Shown one piece after another: positions 60,918 to 64,000 of a stretch of 64,000 nucleotides of DNA (positions are counted from its first letter, which is position 1; every line of letters starts with the position of its first letter). The notes under the pieces are model-generated. The model was given only the letters and a program-made list of their open reading frames with translations. It was not told the origin of the DNA and ran no database searches. The stretch comes from Candidatus Bathyarchaeota archaeon (GTDB lineage Archaea > Thermoproteota > Bathyarchaeia > Bathyarchaeales > Bathycorpusculaceae). A program made the position numbers and the translations under genes. Location of the stretch: positions 128,001 through 192,000 of the forward strand of contig CAVYES010000007.1 in the NCBI GenBank assembly GCA_963767735.1, in the 5' to 3' direction.

Positions 60918-61874
60918 TTATGTGGAAGGAGTAACAGTTGCACCGGAATTACTCCTTTGAACAGCCTTTTTTATGTCATCAATCATAGGTTTGTAGCGTT
61001 CAGAATCCATTGTTTCATGAGACAACTCCTTCGCAGCCGAGATATACCAGTCTTTTAACGTACCTTTTCCAAGAACAGGGTCAGCCAAGACAGCCTTAAA
61101 ATCATTCATACACAGTGAACTTTCAATGCCTGTTTGATTTTCTCTGAGAATTGGCTGCATCTTAGCCTCTTCAACCATAGCTTCTATGTCAGCTGCAGAA
61201 CATCCTTCAGTATCTTTAGCTAACCTATCAAAATCCAAATTCTCTGCTGCACAGCTTCCAACATAATACTGGAACAATTCCTTTCTAGCCGAGCATGAGG
61301 GAGCTGGAATGTAGATGCATTCACCTATTCTGCCGCTACGCTTTAGCGCTGGATCAATTCCCCAAGGCCTATTTGAAGCAGCGATAATGAATAAACCCTC
61401 AGGATTTTTCTCTACCCCATCAATCTCCATAAGCAGTTGATTGAGAGCATCCCGATGAGAACCGTGGCTTTCGCGAGCTACTAAACGCCTGTTGACTCCT
61501 ATGGCGTCGACTTCATCAAGAAAAATAATAGTTGGGATATGCTCTTTCTTTATCATTGCTCTGGCATCGGCAAAAAGCCTATGTATATTCTTCTCGGTTT
61601 CTCCGACGTAGCAGTCCATTAGTTCGTGAAGTTTTGCAGTGATAAGTTTGGAACCTGTTTCGCCAGCCAAAGCCCTAACCAACAATGTTTTTCCGCAGCC
61701 TGGTGGACCATAAAGAAGAATTGCGAAACCACGCTTTTTCTTGTATTTAGCAAACAAATCAGGTCTCTTCATTGGAAGCACCACATTATTCCGCAACTTT
61801 TCTTTTACCTTTTCAAGCCCCTGAACATCAGAAAGCTTGATTACATCTTTCGCTCTTTTCACTTTTTTCCGCAA
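60918..61874 (-). CDS. Single-ring AAA+ ATPase (CDC48/Vps4-like)
   Basis: YGPPGCGKT, IFLDEVD, ASNRPWGIDPALKRSGR. Confidence 0.92.
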   Translation of the reverse strand: MRKKVKRAKDVIKLSDVQGLEKVKEKLRNNVVLPMKRPDLFAKYKKKRGFAILLYGPPGCGKTLLVRALAGETGSKLITAKLHELMDCYVGETEKNIHRLFADARAMIKKEHIPTIIFLDEVDAIGVNRRLVARESHGSHRDALNQLLMEIDGVEKNPEGLFIIAASNRPWGIDPALKRSGRIGECIYIPAPSCSARKELFQYYVGSCAAENLDFDRLAKDTEGCSAADIEAMVEEAKMQPILRENQTGIESSLCMNDFKAVLADPVLGKGTLKDWYISAAKELSHETMDSERYKPMIDDIKKAVQRSNSGATVTPST

Positions 61875-62050
61875 GTTTGGTTTCTGTGGACTTGTCTGAG
61901 CAAATCATTGAAGTGATGGCTTTGTCAATTGCTGAAAAATCATTTTCAAGCTGTTCATATTCTTCCTCTGTTATCAAATTATCAAAGGATTTTTGAAGGG
62001 TTTTTCCAAGGTCTTGAAAGTCGGATATGGCCTCAAAGAACTCGTAGCTC

Positions 62051-62422
62051 TCAGGGATGGCTTGAAGAATTGCAGTTTCTTTTGGCTCTTGATTTTTTGC
62101 TTCTAAGAATGTTTTGTTTGTAGAAGTGGGCTTCTTTAAGAAAGCGTTGCAGCAGAACGGAGCTTAAATCGCTAAGAGAGCTTTCCATGTTTTTGAGATG
62201 CCCCTTAGTTAATCCTCGTTTGTACAATGCGTTCTCGTTTGAGGGATCCAGTCTTAAGCATTCACTGTAAGCCACCAACGCTTCTTCCCAAAGATGTGAC
62301 TCAAAGAGTTTCTCCGCCCAGGCACAGTATCCTTGTACCGTGGGAATAGGAAGTGAAAGGCAGACCTTATTCTGGGGTGACGGTAACATAAGCAAAGATT
62401 TGTTTATGGATGGTTCAGACAA
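62051..62422 (-). CDS. TPR-containing protein (probably frameshifted, longer)
   Basis: WEEAL..Y..CLRLDP.NENALYKRG TPR. Confidence 0.6.
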   Translation of the reverse strand: MSEPSINKSLLMLPSPQNKVCLSLPIPTVQGYCAWAEKLFESHLWEEALVAYSECLRLDPSNENALYKRGLTKGHLKNMESSLSDLSSVLLQRFLKEAHFYKQNILRSKKSRAKRNCNSSSHP

Positions 62423-62733
62423 AGTTTCGCCTCTTTGCGCTCAAACAAACAATAGTCACCAAACGACTGGAAGTCCTCCGGTAGGGACTCTATCCTTCAC
62501 TTATTTGATTATTTAAAATTGATTACCTAAAAAATGCTCAATTAAAAAAATAAAAAAGCTAATTTTCACTTAACAATTGAAATAAAATATTGAAAAATTG
62601 CTTGCTTTTCAAAACTGATACATCTAATTTTCTGCGCTTTTTTATATGTAGCCAAAAGAATCGCTGGAGTAAAGTGAAAGGTAGCGCTTCGTCATAAACC
62701 TTATAATTACACGTTCGTTAAAGCTTTTAGATT

Positions 62734-63396
62734 ATGCAAACAGAGCAGCAGATACTATCTTCAACCGTAAAATACGTAAAGGCTAGAGTGCAGCAGGATA
62801 GCACTGGACATGATTGGTGGCACGTTTACAGAGTATGGAAAACTGCCTTAAAAATTGCAAAAGAAGAAAAAGATCCGAGTCTTGATCTTTTCATAATTCA
62901 ACTAGCGGCGTTGCTCCATGATGTCGATGATTGGAAGGCAAGACAACCAGGCGACAAAGAGGATACGAATACGCTTGCATGGCTGCTAAAGGCAGGGGCA
63001 GATAAAGACACTATAGAGAAAGTCTGTGGCATTGTAAGGAATGTTTCATTTAAGGGCGCTGACGTCACGGATGCAATGACGAGCAAGGAAGGCAAGATCG
63101 TACAGGATGCAGACAGACTTGATGCCATTGGAGCAATAGGCATAGCAAGAGCCTTCGCATACGGAGGACATAAGGGAAAAACCATTCACGATCCTGAAAT
63201 ACAGCCCAAACGTCACAAAACCTTTGCAGCTTACAGGGAATCGAATTCAACAACGATAAACCATTTTTACGAAAAGCTCTTGCTGATTAGAGAACGCATG
63301 AACACAGAGACAGGCAAAAGGATAGCAGAAGAAAGAGACAGTTATCTCCGAGCTTATCTGGAAAAATTCCTAAAAGAATGGGAATTAGAAGAATAG
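62734..63396 (+). CDS. HD-domain phosphohydrolase (YedJ-like)
   Basis: GHDWWH, LLHDVDD, VQDADRLDAIGA, HFYEKLL. Confidence 0.92.
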   Translation: MQTEQQILSSTVKYVKARVQQDSTGHDWWHVYRVWKTALKIAKEEKDPSLDLFIIQLAALLHDVDDWKARQPGDKEDTNTLAWLLKAGADKDTIEKVCGIVRNVSFKGADVTDAMTSKEGKIVQDADRLDAIGAIGIARAFAYGGHKGKTIHDPEIQPKRHKTFAAYRESNSTTINHFYEKLLLIRERMNTETGKRIAEERDSYLRAYLEKFLKEWELEE

Positions 63397-63553
63397 TCTA
63401 TGGAATATTCATAAAGGTACTTGGAAAAATAATCTTTAGATTCAAAAAAAAGCAGTGAAACCGCACAATGTAATCTTTTTATTTTGTGCGTGAATATGGG
63501 AATTTCCAGAAATGTCGATTTTGAGGCATTATTTTTTCATCGCGGAATTGTCC

Positions 63554-63575
63554 TGATCCGACGGGATTTGAACCC
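63554..63575 (-). repeat. tRNA 3'-end-like fragment (possible att site)
   Basis: Minus strand GGGTTCAAATCCCGTCGGATCA; no 5' half nearby. Confidence 0.5.
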
Positions 63576-63650
63576 TAACTGCATAGACGTCTTTTGGCAT
63601 CAATCAGTTTACTTAACCACGAGTGCTTAGAAGAAAGCTCGTTTATCCGT

Positions 63651-63929
63651 TCAAACCTTTTTTAGCGGCATGTTTTCCGTAGCTTTTTTGCTTGTTGCGT
63701 TAACTGCTACTTCGAACTCAGCTAAGTCGGCAAGAACGCGATTAGTTAAACTATTAAATTTTTCGGGGTTACGTCTTTTGAATTGCTCAAAATGGTAGCG
63801 GTAGCGCATGAAAGCTTTCCAGCCATTAGGACTGTTAGTGTTGTTATCTAAGAGTAAACTTGGTAGTTTACGCTTAACCCTGTCAGCATTCACCAAAAAG
63901 AAAGACTCCTCAATGGTCGTAGAAAACAA
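63651..63929 (-). CDS. Hypothetical protein (may start further upstream)
   Basis: ORF near window edge. Confidence 0.4.
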   Translation of the reverse strand: MFSTTIEESFFLVNADRVKRKLPSLLLDNNTNSPNGWKAFMRYRYHFEQFKRRNPEKFNSLTNRVLADLAEFEVAVNATSKKATENMPLKKV

Positions 63930-64000
63930 AAAAGAGGAGAGGTTACGAGTGACGAGAAGAAAATCCCTGATTTCTCGGAAACTACCTCACCTCGGCCTAT

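Overview
Archaeal chromosome segment, most consistent with Bathyarchaeia/TACK (archaeal DNA ligase, ApgM, TrmB, PEF-tailed FxLYD surface proteins, tRNA with a non-canonical BHB intron); the taxonomy is inferred. In order: a paaK-iorAB-paaI aryl-acid cluster; tRNA-Cys followed by a ~10 kb island with three copies of the tRNA 3' end (HEPN/dead-integrase fusion, IS, TrmB, 10-mer array); housekeeping genes (apgM, two arylsulfotransferase-like genes, MFS, MoeB/ThiF, lig); a cofactor region (ThrC-like/PadR fusion, pdxST, two RFAP synthases, MptE, MptA, QueD); tRNA-His and tRNA-Leu; a prenyltransferase-like/MFS/radical-SAM locus; and an integrative element (integrase, primase-polymerase, ParB, ABC-ATPase/GNAT) that runs into a 1.7 kb homopolymer block, probably an artefact. 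The best novel candidate is an uncalled 16-aa gene, MEKRRAIRKKPKVLAW (44381-44431, minus), with its own TATA box and SD. It sits between a ComQ-like prenyltransferase with a degenerate SARM and an MFS protein, suggesting an archaeal Trp-prenylated peptide system. Other strong candidates are a threonine-synthase homolog with the PLP Lys replaced by Arg and fused to PadR upstream of pdxST, and a HEPN domain fused to a catalytically dead tyrosine recombinase. Many single-base frameshifts suggest long-read indel errors, so pseudogene calls are provisional. All family assignments come from motif recognition, not database searches.
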